In this document: positions 28,623 to 40,078 of the stretch, in pieces
Numbering within the stretch: the stretch's first letter is position 1
Layout of the letters: each line of letters opens with the position of its first letter
NCBI GenBank assembly: GCA_014905635.1
Contig: JABVCE010000010.1
Location: 744,001-808,000, forward strand
Direction: 5' to 3'
Length of the DNA: 64,000 bases
Origin: Scenedesmus sp. PABB004
Lineage: Eukaryota
Notes under the pieces: generated by a model
What the model was told of the DNA's origin: nothing
What the model saw: only the letters and a program-made list of their open reading frames with translations
Databases searched by the model: none
Program-made: the position numbers and the translations under genes

Positions 28623-28714
28623 CGGCGCGGTGCTGGCACTGCTCGGCCTCGGCTGACGGCGCGGGGCGGCCGCGAGCGCTCTTACGAGGGCCGCGGCGCG
28701 CACACGCGGGGGCC

Positions 28715-29437
28715 CGGCCGACGTCTCCCGTGCGGACGCGATCGCTGGCCGCAGCAGCCGGCGGCGCGCGCGCGCGGGGGACGCGCGCTTGTCGCGGCGC
28801 TCGCGCCGGCCCTCACCGCTGCTCGGCGAGGTGCGATGGATGGCGATCAAGTGGTGCGCATGCGGCGCTCACGGCGGGGGCGGGGCGGCTTTGAGGGGGC
28901 TCCGCTGCAACAACGCGGGGCGTCAACTCGGGTGCTGTCGGTCGGGCGAGTGAGTGAGCGCGCGCTGCGCGAAGCTGCCGCGCAGCTGCCCGCGTCGGTC
29001 CGGGCGAGCCGCGCGACGGTGCAGGCCTCGGCGCGCGCGCCCCCGGCGTGCGCGAGCGGCGGCGTGCGCGCGCGCGGCCGCGGCGGCGGGCGCGCGAGCG
29101 GCGGCGTCTGCGGCGCCGCGCAGATCGGGAGCGCGCGCGGGGTGGGGTGGGAGCTGCTGGTTCGCACGCCACGGCTGTGCGGTGCGCGTCGAGCGCGCGA
29201 CGCGCGAGCGGTGGGGCTTCGGCACTCTGGCGGCGTCACCGGGTCGCCAGGTGCCTGGCTGCGGCAGCGGCAGCGGCGACGGGAGTGGCGGCGCGAGCGT
29301 TGGAGAGCCGAGCCGCTGCCTGGCGCGCCGCGTGCTGTGCGGCACGCGCTCCCGCCGGCTGCCCCCGGCAGGCCCGGCGGCTGCGCTGCCACGCCACGCG
29401 ATCACCCCAGCTCGTGCCCATAGTCACGTCACGCGCC
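28715..29437. repeat. Direct repeat copy 2 (CP12 upstream/promoter region)
   Basis: Near-identical to 26600-27332. Confidence 0.95.
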
Positions 29438-29574
29438 ATGCACGCTTTGTCTGTGACGACGCGCCGCTGACGACAGCTGCCGCTGCACCACCGTCCGCGC
29501 CGCGCCGCACCCGGCGCCACTCCTCGCGCTCGCCGCGCGATCACCCCAGCTCGTTCCCGCCGTCCCGACTCGCC

Positions 29575-30544
29575 ATGCACGCCTCCCTCAGCCTCAGCAG
29601 GGCCGGCGCCTGCGTCGCGCGGCCCACCGTGGCGCGCCGCACGCTGCGCGCCGTGGTGGTGCGCTCCGGCAACCACCCCTCCCTCGGCGACATCAAGGTG
29701 CGCCGCGCGCGGCGCGGGCGCGCGCCAGGGCGCGCCGGGCGGGCGCTCAGCTGCCGGCGCCGCGGCGCGCGACCAGGCCGTGGAGGACAAGGTCGCGGAG
29801 GCGATCAAGGAGGCCGAGGCCACCTGCGCGGACAACGACAAGGCCCACTGCGCCGCCGCGTGAGTGCGGGCGCCGGCTTGCAGCTGCTCGCACGGCCCTC
29901 CCGGCGCGCACGGGCCGCGCCGCGCGCCCGCGGGCCGTGTGGGAGGGCGTGGCACGGCCCCCGCCGTCCCGCGCATGCCCCCGCCCCGCGGCGGGGCCGG
30001 CATGGGCGCCCCGGGCGCGTTTCGGGATCGCCGTCCGGCAGCCGCCCCCCGCGCTGGGACGGCCCGGCGCGCGCTGCGGGCGGTGCCCCCCGCCCCGCCG
30101 GCGGGCCGCCGACCGGCCGCCGCCGATCGCCGCCGACGGCGCCGCGGCGACCGCCGCCGACGCGCCGCCGCCTGCGCCGCGCCGACGCAGCTGGGACAAC
30201 GTCGAGGAGCTCAGCGCCGCCGCCGCGCACAAGAAGGTGGCCTACGCCAACGACCCCGTCTCCAGCGACCCGCTCGAGCAGGTGCGGGCGCGGCTGCCCC
30301 TCGACGGTGGCGCGCGGCTTGCTCGCGCCCGGCGCGCGCAGCGCCCCGCCGGCGACGCGCGCCGCCGCTGCGCGGCCGTGCCGCAGTTCTGCGACGACAA
30401 CCCCGACGCCGACGAGTGCCGTGTCTATGTGAGCAGCACCGCAGGAGGCCGCCGGCCGCAGGCCGCCGGCCGCAGGCCGCCGGCCGCAGGCCGCCGGCCG
30501 CCGACGCCGCCCCGCCGCGCCGCGCGCGCCCGCAGGAGGACTGA
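29575..30544 (+). CDS. CP12: Calvin cycle protein CP12, chloroplast, 5 exons
   Basis: Transit peptide, then AIKEAEATCADNDKAHCAAAWDNVEELSAAAAHKK...DPLEQFCDDNPDADECRVYED*. All four Cys and the AWD-x-VEELS motif are present. Confidence 0.97.
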
Positions 30545-30979
30545 GCGCCGGCGAGCGCGGCCGCGCGGGCCCGTGCGAGCGCACAAAAACACGCAGCGGT
30601 GTGGGGCGGTGTACTAGGTCGCGCAGCGCGTGCGCCGCGCGGAGCGGCGGCGTCACTGGTGGTGTGGTGGTCGCGTTTGTGTGCGTGCGGGCGGCGCCCT
30701 CGCGCCGGCGGCGTTGCTGCGGGGGGTGGGCTTGGCGGCGTACTAGGGCGGCGCGCGTGCGCCAGCGCGCGGGGGCATTGATCGCTTGGTGGTGACGGCC
30801 GTCGTTTGCCGCCGGCCCCGAGCTCCGGTGCAGCAGCTGGGGCCCCCGCTCTCTCGCTCTCAGTGACCGTCCGCGCGCCACCTCACCTCGCTCAGCTCCA
30901 CAGCGGCGCGTCGCCGTCCTCGCCGCCGGCCGCGGCGCGCTGATTTCTTCGCGCTCGCCTCGCCGGCCAGACTTCCGCG

Positions 30980-32449
30980 ATGCTCGCGACATCGAACCCG
31001 CTACGACTCAGCGGCGGGCAGCGCCTTGAGGTGCTGCGGGCCCCGGCCACGAAGGTGCGCGGCCGCTGAGCGGCGGCAGCAGCGCCGGCAGCAGCGCCGG
31101 CCAGCGCGCGGCCGCCGTGAGCTGCTGGCTCTGACCCGGCCCTGGCTCAGGCTCTGGGCGCCGCCGCTGGCCGCCCTGGCCGCCGCAGAAGCTGGTGACC
31201 AGCAAGCCGCCGCTGCTGTTCGTGCACGGCTCGTACCACGGCGCGTGGTGCTGGGCGGTGCGAGCGGCGGCCGCGGCCGCGCCGGTTGCGACGGCAGGCT
31301 CCGGCGCCGGCGGCGCCAGCTGGGCGTGCCGCCCGCGCCCGACGCCTGCAGGAGCGCTTCCAGCCGTACTTTGCCGACGCGGGCTACGAGAGCTGGGCGG
31401 TCAGCCTGCGCGCGCAGGGGCGGTCCGACCCCGCGCCGCCGGGCGCCAAGGTCGCCGGGACGCTCGACAGCCACGCCGCCGACCTGGCGGAGGTCGTCGC
31501 GGCGATGGACGCGCCGCCGGTCATGGTCGCGCACAGCTTCGGGGGCTGATCGCTCAAAAGTGAGCGCGCAGCCGCCCGGCGCGCCGGCGCGGCGGCCGCC
31601 GCACGCGCGCGCGCCATGCCACAGCGCCCGCCCCGCAGGTACATCCTGGGCACGGCGCCGCGCGGCGGCGCGGGCGCGCCGGCGGGCGCAGGTGGGGGGA
31701 CGCGGCGCCGGCGTTTGGCGCGTTCCCGCGGCTCGCGGGCGCCGCGTTCCTCGCGTCGGTGCCGCCGAGCGGCAACCGAGACCTCATCTTCCGCTGGCTG
31801 CGCCGCGACCTGGGGCTGAGCTGGCGCGTGACCTGGTGCGCCGGCGCGGCCGCCCCGGGCCGTGCCTGCCTGCCTCGGTCCGGTCGGACCCAGACCCGGC
31901 CGCCCGCCGCTGACCGGCCCGACCCCGCCCCGCTCGCCGCCTCTCTCTCTCCTCGTGCTCGCATCATCGCAAGGGCGTTTGTGGGCAAGTCGTTTGCCAA
32001 GAGCGTTGACGAGGCCGTCTATGCCTTTTTCAGCGACGACCTGCCCCCGGCCGACGCGGCCAGGCGCGCGCGACGCGCCGGCGCCCGCGGGGCCGGCCCT
32101 CCGCGGCAGCAGCGGCGGCCTGCCCCGCGCCGACACGTGCGCGCCCGCCGCGCGCCACCGCCGCGCGCAGGTACCAGGCGCAGCTCGCGGCGTGCTCGCC
32201 CACGCGGCTGCTGGACCTGCGCGACATGCAGGCCCAGGTCCCGCTGCCGCGCCCCGACCCCGCGTCCGCGCCGCCCGCGTTTGTCCTGGGCGGGCTGGAC
32301 GACAAGGTGCTGGATGAGCAGGCCTTCCGCGAGCTCGCAGAGTGAGCAGCGCCGCGCCGCCGCGCGCCGCCGGCCCGCGCCGCACGCCGCGCGCCGCCGC
32401 AGAGGCGAGGCCGGCCACCGAGCTGAGCCGCGCCGCCGCCGCTCCCGCT

Positions 32450-32483
<34 letters not shown>

Positions 32484-32603
32484 AGGGCCTACGGCGTCGA
32501 GGCGGTGGTGCTGCCGGGGCTGGCGCACGACGTCATGCTGGACACGCGCTGGCAGGCCGCGGCCGACTCGTTGCGCGGCTGGCTGGACGCGACCGCGTTT
32601 TGA
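30980..32603 (+). CDS. Alpha/beta-fold hydrolase
   Basis: PLLFVHGSYHGAWCW, AVSLRAQGRS, nucleophile elbow VAHSFGG, VLGGLDDKV, LAHDVML. Homopolymer frameshifts at about 31545 and 31697. Confidence 0.9.
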
Positions 32604-32698
32604 GCGCGCGCGGCCACCGCGGGGACGTGGCGCGGCCTGGGGGCCCGTGCCGCCAGTAACAGCGCTCGTCCCGCGCGCGCGGCGCAGTCAGGGCCGGC

Positions 32699-33937
32699 TC
32701 AGGGCCCGCGGCGGCGGACGGCGCTGACCACTTGCACCAGCTTGGCCTTGAGCCGGCTGCTGAGCTTCTGCCGGCCGCGCCGCCGACTCGGGTGCAGCTC
32801 CACGCTCGCCGGCTTGGCGCCGCCACTGCCGCTGCTGCCCAGCTTGCTGCGCACCACCTGCCGCACAACGTCGCGCGCGGCGGGGGCCGCGTTGCTGCTG
32901 GCCGACCGGCCGGCACTGCCGTCGAGCTCGCCCCCGGCTGCGCCGCCCGGCTCCGACGCCTCAGCCTGCGCGCCGGACGCGAGCGGGCCGCCGCCGCCCA
33001 GCCTTGTCGCGCGGTCGTGCAGCTCCGCGAGGCGCACGAACGCTGCGGCGGGCGCGCCGCGGCGTCGCGGCGGGCGCGCTCGGCCAGCCCCGTCGCCGGC
33101 CGGGCAGCCGGCCCCAGCAGCCTGGCCAGCTGTTGCCTCTGTGCTGCTGTCCGCGGCGGCGGCGGCGGGCCCCCGGCGCACCCGCGGTGACGTTGAGCCC
33201 TTCTGTGGCGCAGGCGCGGACGAACGTGAGCCCCAGCCGCCGCGCCATGGCCTCTGCCTCGCTGCTCGACACCGCCGCCTGGCGCGGGGGCGGGTACGAC
33301 GGCGGCGACGGTCTCCGCACGGGCGCGAGCGTGCGGCGCGGTTGCGCGCTGCAGCATGAGGGAGGGCCTCGACCCTCCCGGCCGCCTGACCTGCTCCAGC
33401 AGGTCGACTTTGTTCTGCACCACCACCATTGGCAGCCGCGCCCCGCACGCGGCCACCAGCTTGGCGCGCCACGCCGGCAGCGCGTCAAAGCTGGCGCGGT
33501 CGGCGGTGGAGAAGACCAGCACCCCGCCGTCAGCACCTGCGGGGGCACACGCGTGCGTGCTGTGCCGCCTGCAGGGCGGCCCGCATTCCTGCCAACGGGC
33601 CCGCACCGCACCTCGGTAGCTGGCGCGCGACACCGCGTCCAGCTCCGCCTGGCCGGCGGTGTCGCATATGTGCAGCGTCACGTCCGCGCCGAGCGACGGC
33701 ACCGTCAGCGACGCCTGCACGAAGCCGCCGCCGATCGTGCGCGAGGTCGGCGCGCCGCCCGGCGGCGCGCCGTGCCCCGCGGCGCCGCGGATGAGGGTGG
33801 TCTTGCCCACGCCGCCGTTGCCGACGACCACGACCTTCAGCTCCCGCTGCGGCGCGGCGGCATGCCAGCGGTCATACGCTGGCGCAGTGCTGCGTGGCGC
33901 CGTGCGCTGCCCTCCCGCGCACCTCAAAGTCCTCCAT
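32699..33937 (-). CDS. RAB23: Rab23-like small GTPase, divergent
   Basis: MEDFE|RELKVVVVGNGGVGKTT, DTAGQ, YRGA..VLVFST.DR.SF, VQNKVDLLEQA.V...EAE..A..L.L.F.R are Rab23-type features. Confidence 0.78.
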
Positions 33938-34324
33938 CGCCGGCGCTGACTGGCGCGGACCGGCGCGGACCGGCGCGGCGGTGGTGCCCGAGGACGCGGC
34001 GTGACTGGCACGGGGCTGTCCGCAACTTGGAGGCCGCGGAGCGCGGGCCTGGCGGCGCCGGTTTGTGCCGTGCCCGTCGCGACCGTCCGCTCGAGCGCCG
34101 TCGCCGCCGTTGTCCAGGAACCGCCTGGCTCGGCGCCCCCAGTCACAGCTCGTCGTGTCGGCGTGCAGGAGCCGTGGCGCGGGGAGGCGCACCACCCCCC
34201 TCGCGCACCGCCGGGCAGCAGCGCCGCCGCCGCTGCTCCTGCCGCTGCGCCTGCCGCTGCGCGCCCCGTTCGCATCACCGCGCGACCCGGGCGTGGCACA
34301 GAGGCGCTTCCTCGCGCTCTGGTG

Positions 34325-35911
34325 ATGATGGGGCCGCGCCGGAAGCGCGCTGCGGCGGCGCACGCCGACAGCGACGGCGGCGGCGCGGCGGCGCAGCCCG
34401 AGCCGCGCAAGCGCCGCCGCCGCGCGCCCGCGGCGGCGGCGCGCAGTGACGACGACACTGACTACGAGGCCGCGGCCTCGGCCTCCGAGGCCGCGGCCTC
34501 GAAGGCCGCCCGCCGCGGCGGCGGCAAGGGCGGCGCAGCCGCGGGCGAGAAGCGCACGGACGCCTGGGGCAGCGCCGTGCGTTACGCGCCCATGCCCTCC
34601 CAGGCCGTGCTGGAGCGCATCGCCCGCGCGCAACCGGGCTCGGGGCACCGCATGTTCCTGCTCGGCACGTCCGAGCTGCGCCCCGCCGGCGCGCCGGGCG
34701 GCCGCGCGCAGCAGTTCTCGGTGCTCGGCGCGACCGCCAACGGTGCGGGCGCAGCCGGCCGCGCGCCGCGCCGCGCGCACGCCCACGCCCACGCGCCCGC
34801 CCACGCGCCCGCCCACACCCACGCCCACGCCCACGCCCACGCGCCCGCCCACGCGCACGTCCACGGCCGCGCGCAGTGTACGAGGTGACGATCGGCTGCC
34901 ACCCGCACTGCTCGTGCCCCGACTTTCCGCGCAGCCGGCTGTGCAAGCACGTGCTCTTCGTGCTGCTGCGCGTGCTGCGCGTCGCGCCGCACGACCCGAT
35001 CGTCTGGCAGAAGGCGCTGCTGGCGCGCGAGGTGCGGAGTCGTGCGCGAGGCCGCGCGGCGCGCGTGTGAGGCCGCGCGGCGGCTTGCGTCGAGACGCCC
35101 GGCGCGCGCCCGCCGACGCGCCGCGCCACGCCGGCGCCGGCGACCCTCGCCGCGCAGGCGGAGGCGCTGCTGGGCGGGCAGCACTCGCAGGGCGCCGACC
35201 TGACGGGCGTGCTGGCGGACGCGCGCACGCTGCAGGCCTTCCGGCGCGCCACTGGCGCGGCGGGCGGCGAGGACGAGGAGCAGGAGCAGCAGCAGCAGGG
35301 CGTGGCCCGGCGGCCAGTCGAAGGGGACTGCCCCATCTGCTTCGAGGAGCTGCAGGTGCGTGGGCGAAGAGGAGGGGACGGCCGCGGCCCGCCCGCCGCG
35401 CCGGCGGGCGCTCGGCGCGCCGCGCGGTGCCCCCGCGGCTGGTGCCGCCGCCGACCGCGCGCGCCGCGCCGGCAGGACGGCGGCGAGCCGCTCGAGTGGT
35501 GCGCGACGTGCGGCAACAGCCTCCACGCCGCCTGCTTCTCGCGCTGGGCCGACACCAAGCGCCGCGGCCACGCGACCGTCACCTGCTGCTTCTGCCGCGC
35601 GCCGTGGGCCGGCACGGGCCCGGGTGCGTGCCCGGGGCGGCGGCCGCTCGCGCGCTCGCGCACGCGGCTGCGCTGCTGTGGCCCCGGCCCCCGCTCACCC
35701 CCCTCTCCGTCGCTCGCCTCGCCCCTGCGCGGCGCCCCCGGCGCCCGCGCCGGCAGGCAGCGGCGGCGCGGCCGCGGCCGGGCTGCGGGACGGCTACATC
35801 AACCTGACGACCGCGTCGGCGGCGCACGCGGGGGCGGACACCGGCCTGGACGCCCTGTACGGCGAGCGCGCACGCTGGATCCGCCGCCACCAGGGCGGCC
35901 CCGGCAGCTGA
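34325..35911 (+). CDS. SWIM zinc finger plus RING finger protein (MEKK1/ZSWIM2 N-terminus-like)
   Basis: FSVLGATANVYEVTI...CSCPDF...CKHVLFVLLRVL (SWIM); DCPICFEEL...WCATCGNSLHAACF..W...TCCFCRAPW (RING). Confidence 0.9.
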
Positions 35912-36166
35912 GCGCGAGGTTCGTCAGCGCGGCGGCGCGGCGGCGTGGGCTGGCCCGCGTGCGCGCGGGTCGCTCGGCGCAAGGCTGGGGCGCAAGGTTG
36001 GAGTTGGGCGGCGGCGGCGCTGTCGACGTTGCGGGTTGGTCGTGGAAACGAGTTGCCGCCTGCTCGGAGCGCGCCGCAGCGCCCCGGCGCCGCGCGCGCT
36101 GCCGTCCGCAGCAGCGCGCGCAGCAAGCAGCCCAGGCCGCCGCCCGCGCTGCGCCGCCGCCGCGCG

Positions 36167-36697
36167 TCACTTGACGTCATACATCTGGTGGCGCTTGAAC
36201 TTGCGCGCCGTCTGCGCGTTGGCGCCCGTCTTCTGCCCCCGCGCGGGCAGGCCGGCCACGTGGCGGCGCCCGCGGTACGTGCGCGCCTCGATGAGCCGCA
36301 CGATGTCGTCCCGCACCGAGCGCTTGAGCTCGTCCCCGATCTTGTAGCGCTCGTTCAGCAGCGCCACGACCTGGCGCGCGTGCAGGCGCGGGGCGTGGTG
36401 GGCGGACGCGGCGTCAGCGCAGAGTCGGCGCGGCGCGGCGCGGCGCGGGCGCCTGCCTGCCTGCCCGCCCTGGCGGCGCTCGCCGCGCCCTGGCACCGCG
36501 CCGTGGCGCCGCGGCGCTCCGGCGCGCGCCTGCTGCACGTGGTGGGCCTTGAGGTCGGCGACGCGCGCCTCGGTGCTGACGCCAATCTCCTCCGCGATCG
36601 CGAGCCCCTGCGCGCGGCCGATGCCGAAGATGCGCCCCAGCGCGATGTAGAAGCGGCTGGCGTCGGGCAGCACCGTCTTGGCGATGACCAGCGGCAT
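36167..36697 (-). CDS. rps13: Organellar (probably mitochondrial) ribosomal protein uS13, 2 exons
   Basis: IALGRIFGIGR, ELKRSVRDDIVRLIEARTYRGRRHVAGLPARGQKTGANAQT. Confidence 0.93.
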   Translation of the reverse strand: MPLVIAKTVLPDASRFYIALGRIFGIGRAQGLAIAEEIGVSTEARVADLKAHHVQQARAGAPRRHGAVPGRGERRQGGQAGRRPRRAAPRRLCADAASAHHAPRLHARQVVALLNERYKIGDELKRSVRDDIVRLIEARTYRGRRHVAGLPARGQKTGANAQTARKFKRHQMYDVK

Positions 36698-37392
36698 CGC
36701 GGCCCGCCGCGGCGCGCCGCCGCTGCTGCTCCCGGCGCGCCGCCGCTGCGCCCGGCGCGGCGCGCCGCCCGCGGGCCTGGAGGCCGGCGGGGGCGGTGCT
36801 GACAGGGAGGGAGAGCCCGGCTGCGCCGCGGGCCGGGCGGGATTGGGGCCGCGCAGGCCGCACGGGCGCGTGGACGCCGAGGGATCTGCTGCTGCAGCCG
36901 CCGCTCCGCCGCCGCGCGGCCCGCCCGCGGCTGCGCGCGCGCGCGAGCTGAACACGCCGAGCTTGGCTGCACGCGGCACGCAGGCAAGGGGCTTGAGCTC
37001 GGCTGCCCGCGGGCTGGGCGGCGGCCGCCGCGCGGAGCGGAGCGAGCGCAGCAGAAGAGAGGGGACCAGCGCCTGAGCTTGTGGTGAGGCGGCTGCGGTG
37101 ACGCCGAGCACACACCTCAGCCCCCGCCTGCGCCGCACAGCCGCGACGCTTGCACCGCCGCACGCTGTGCCGCTCGTGCCCCGCCGCCGCAGCCCACCGT
37201 CCGCCGCGGCAGCTCCCTCCACAATCGCTCCACGCACTACTCCACCAGGGCACACCGGCGCGGCGCCGGCATTGACCCGCCCGTTTCGCCGCCGCTGTCG
37301 CCCCCGCCGCGGGCGCGCTGGGCCTCCCCGCGCCGGCCCGGCCGCGCGAGCTGGCTGTCCGGGCCCGTTTCACGACGCTGAGAGGGCGCGCC

Positions 37393-38866
37393 ATGGAGGC
37401 CAACCTGGCGCCGCTCGTCGCCGCGGCGCTGCAGACGTGCCGCGCCGCGGGCTGCGCGGTGCGGCGCGCGGCGCGGCGCGGCGGCGCCCCGGCAGCCCTG
37501 GCGCGCGGCTCACGCGCTGCCACGTGCCGCAGGCGGACGCGGGGGAGCTGGCGTACGCGGCGTGCCTGCTCGAGGCGGGCGGCGCGTGGCGGTCCGTCGA
37601 CGGCGGCGCGCCGCTCCCCGGCCTGGCCAACGGCGGCCGCCCGCTGCCGCCCGGCGCGCTGGCTGCCATGGCGGAGCGCCTGGCGGCGGACGCGGCAGCG
37701 GCGCCCGACCCCGCAGCCGCCGCCGTGGCAACACTGCAGGCGCGCGGGCGCGCGCGGGCCGCCCCCTCTGCCGCCCAGGCGAGCCGCCGCCGTGCCCGCC
37801 CCCCGCCTCACGCCGCCGCCGCCGCCCCGCGCGCGCGCCGCCGCCGCAGCTCGCGCTGGAGCGCAGCCAGGCGGCGCAGCGCGCGCTGGTGGAGGGCGAG
37901 CTCGGCGCGCGCGCGTCCGACGCGGCGCGGCTCGGCGCCGCGCTCGCGCAGCGCCGCGTGCGCCTGTCGACCGCTGGGCTGCCGGAGTATGTGGCTGCCT
38001 TTGAGGCGCTGCTCGACTACATCGCTGCGGCGGGCGGGCTCGCGCCGCGCGCGGCCGCCGACCCCGCCGCGCGCGCTGCGCTCGGCGCGGCGGTGGAGAG
38101 CGTCGCGCCGCTGTCGAGCGTCGCGCACCTGCTCTCGCTGCCGCCGCACGAGCGGCTCGCGCAGGCGCGCGGCGCCGCGCGCGGCGCCGCGCGCCAGCCG
38201 CGGGCGCCTCTCCCTCTGCGCGAGCCGCCGCAGCTCAGCTGCGGCTCAGCTCGCGCGCCGCGCCGCGCCGCCGCAGATGGAGGCGCTCGCGCGCGTGGCC
38301 TGCGGCATCTGCCTGTTCAACGCGGCCAGCGGCGACGGGGCGGCCTCGCCGGCGCTGCTGCCGCCGTCGGCCGCGGCGCAGCTGCCGCAGGCGGAGCGGC
38401 TGCTGCACGCCGTCGAGGCCGCGGCGGCCGAGGCGGAGGCGGCATTCGAGCAGCACAACGCGCCACCGCGCGACGGCGCCGGCAGCGCCGGCGGCGCCGG
38501 CGGCCTGGTCGTCGCGCTCTTCTGCTGCCAGGCCGCGGTCGCGCTGCGGCGCCTCGCAGGCGACCTGGCGGCGGGCATCGCGTGCTGCCGCGCGCTCGAC
38601 GCCGGCATCGCCGACGCGCTGGCGCAGGCGGCGCGGCTCGTGCGCGGCAGCCTGTCGGGCGTGGCCAAGGACGCGGTGCTGCCGCTGTTCGACACGGCCG
38701 GCCGGCTGCACGCCGCGCTGACGGGCGAGCTGCGGCTCCTGCTCGTGCGCGCGCGGCTCTGGGAGGACGCGCGCGCCGCGCTCGAGGCGGCGCCGGCCGC
38801 GGTGCCGCGGCTGCTCGGCTTCAGGCCCCGCGCCGGTGCCGGCGCGGCGCGGCGCAGCAGCGCTGC

Positions 38867-38905
<39 letters not shown>

Positions 38906-39527
38906 GGCGGGCGGGCTGTCGGCGGAGGAGGCCGCCGCGCTGCCGCCGGGCCTCACCTACGTGCCCGCGGGGTCGGGCGGTGCCGACGACGGCGACGCGG
39001 CGGAGCACGCGGGGCAGCTCGCGCTCGGGGCGTCTGCCCGGTGAGCCTGGCGGCGAGCGGCGCGGCCGGCGCGGCCGGCGCCGCGCTGCTGCTCGGCCGG
39101 CTGTCGCGCCCCGGCCTCGGCTGCGTGCGGCTCGGCGGCGCCGCGTACGGCTTCAGCAGCGCGTCCGCGCTGCGCGCCTTCGTGGCGGCGCCGGAGGCGG
39201 CCCTGGACGGCGCGCGGCGCGCGGCGGCGCGCGCGCCGCTGCTTGAGCACCTCCTCGGCCTCGCCGGCGCGGGCGGGCGGCTGCCGGCGCTGCGCGCGGT
39301 GCTCGCGCTCGCGGCGGGCCCGGCGCGCGTGGACGCGGGCACGCAGACGCCCACGCACTTCACAGAGCGCCACGTGGACGTGGACTACGAGTGGAACGAG
39401 TGGGCGCTGCGCCGCCGGGTGCGCGAGAGGGGCGCCGCCCGCCGCCCGCGCGGCCGCGGGCTGGGTGCTGCGCCGGGCGCGCGCGCGCCTGAGCAGCGCA
39501 CCGCGCGCGTGCCCCCTCCCCCCCCCC

Positions 39528-39574
<47 letters not shown>

Positions 39575-39924
39575 GATCATCGCCCTCGCCAACCTTCGCA
39601 CCAAGGCCACGCACGGCGCGCAGACGGCGCTCAGCGCCTTCCGGCGCGACGGCGACACGCAGACCTGGCTGCCCAAGGCCGCCGCCGCACAGACGCCGGT
39701 GCGGGGAGCGAGCCGGCCCGGGTGTTGCGTGGTGCGGCCGGCCAGCGCATCGGCCGGGCCCGCGCGCCGACGCCGCCGACGCCGGCGCCGTCCGCCAGGT
39801 GGCCAAGGGCAGCGCCATGCCGCGCAAGCTGCGCTACGTCGCCGGCCTGCGCGGGCCGCCGGGCGTCAAGGCGCGCGTGGTGAGCCTGGAGCTGGACATC
39901 GGGCAGAGCCAGCACAGCCGGTGA
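37393..39924 (+). CDS. CFAP206: Cilia- and flagella-associated protein 206, divergent N-terminus
   Basis: GICLFN, CPVSL, DAGTQTPTHFTERHVDVDYEWNEWALRRR|IIALANLRTKATHGAQT..SAFRRD..TQTWLPK...PRKLRYVAGLRG. Frameshift near 39028. Confidence 0.88.
39511..39571. repeat. C-run plus (CA)n microsatellite at the 3' end of a CFAP206 intron
   Basis: Directly visible, abutting the CGCAG acceptor. Confidence 0.95.
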
Positions 39925-40078
39925 TGCGGGCGCGGCGCGCGAGGCACCGCCGGGCGAGGGACCGACGGCGGCGCAGCGCTCTTACAGCTGCCCCCCTGCG
40001 CTTGCTGCCTCTGCGGCAGCGGGTAAAAGGAAGCCCCTTTGACTCGACCCCCGACGTGATCCCTGCCCGCGCCATCCG

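Noticed and set aside
26600..29437. LTR retrotransposon or composite transposon reading of the direct repeats
   Set aside because: No TG...CA termini, PBS/PPT, target-site duplication, gag/pol or transposase seen. The repeat continues into CP12-like sequence, which points to local duplication.
30980..32603. Hydrolase pseudogene call (TGA right after HSFGG)
   Set aside because: One extra base in the G run restores HSFGGLIAQK, the catalytic motifs are intact, and the same error type recurs across the window.
34777..34860. His-Ala repeat peptide in the SWIM-RING gene
   Set aside because: It lies inside the intron between GATAN and VYEVTI and is a simple cacgcc-type repeat.
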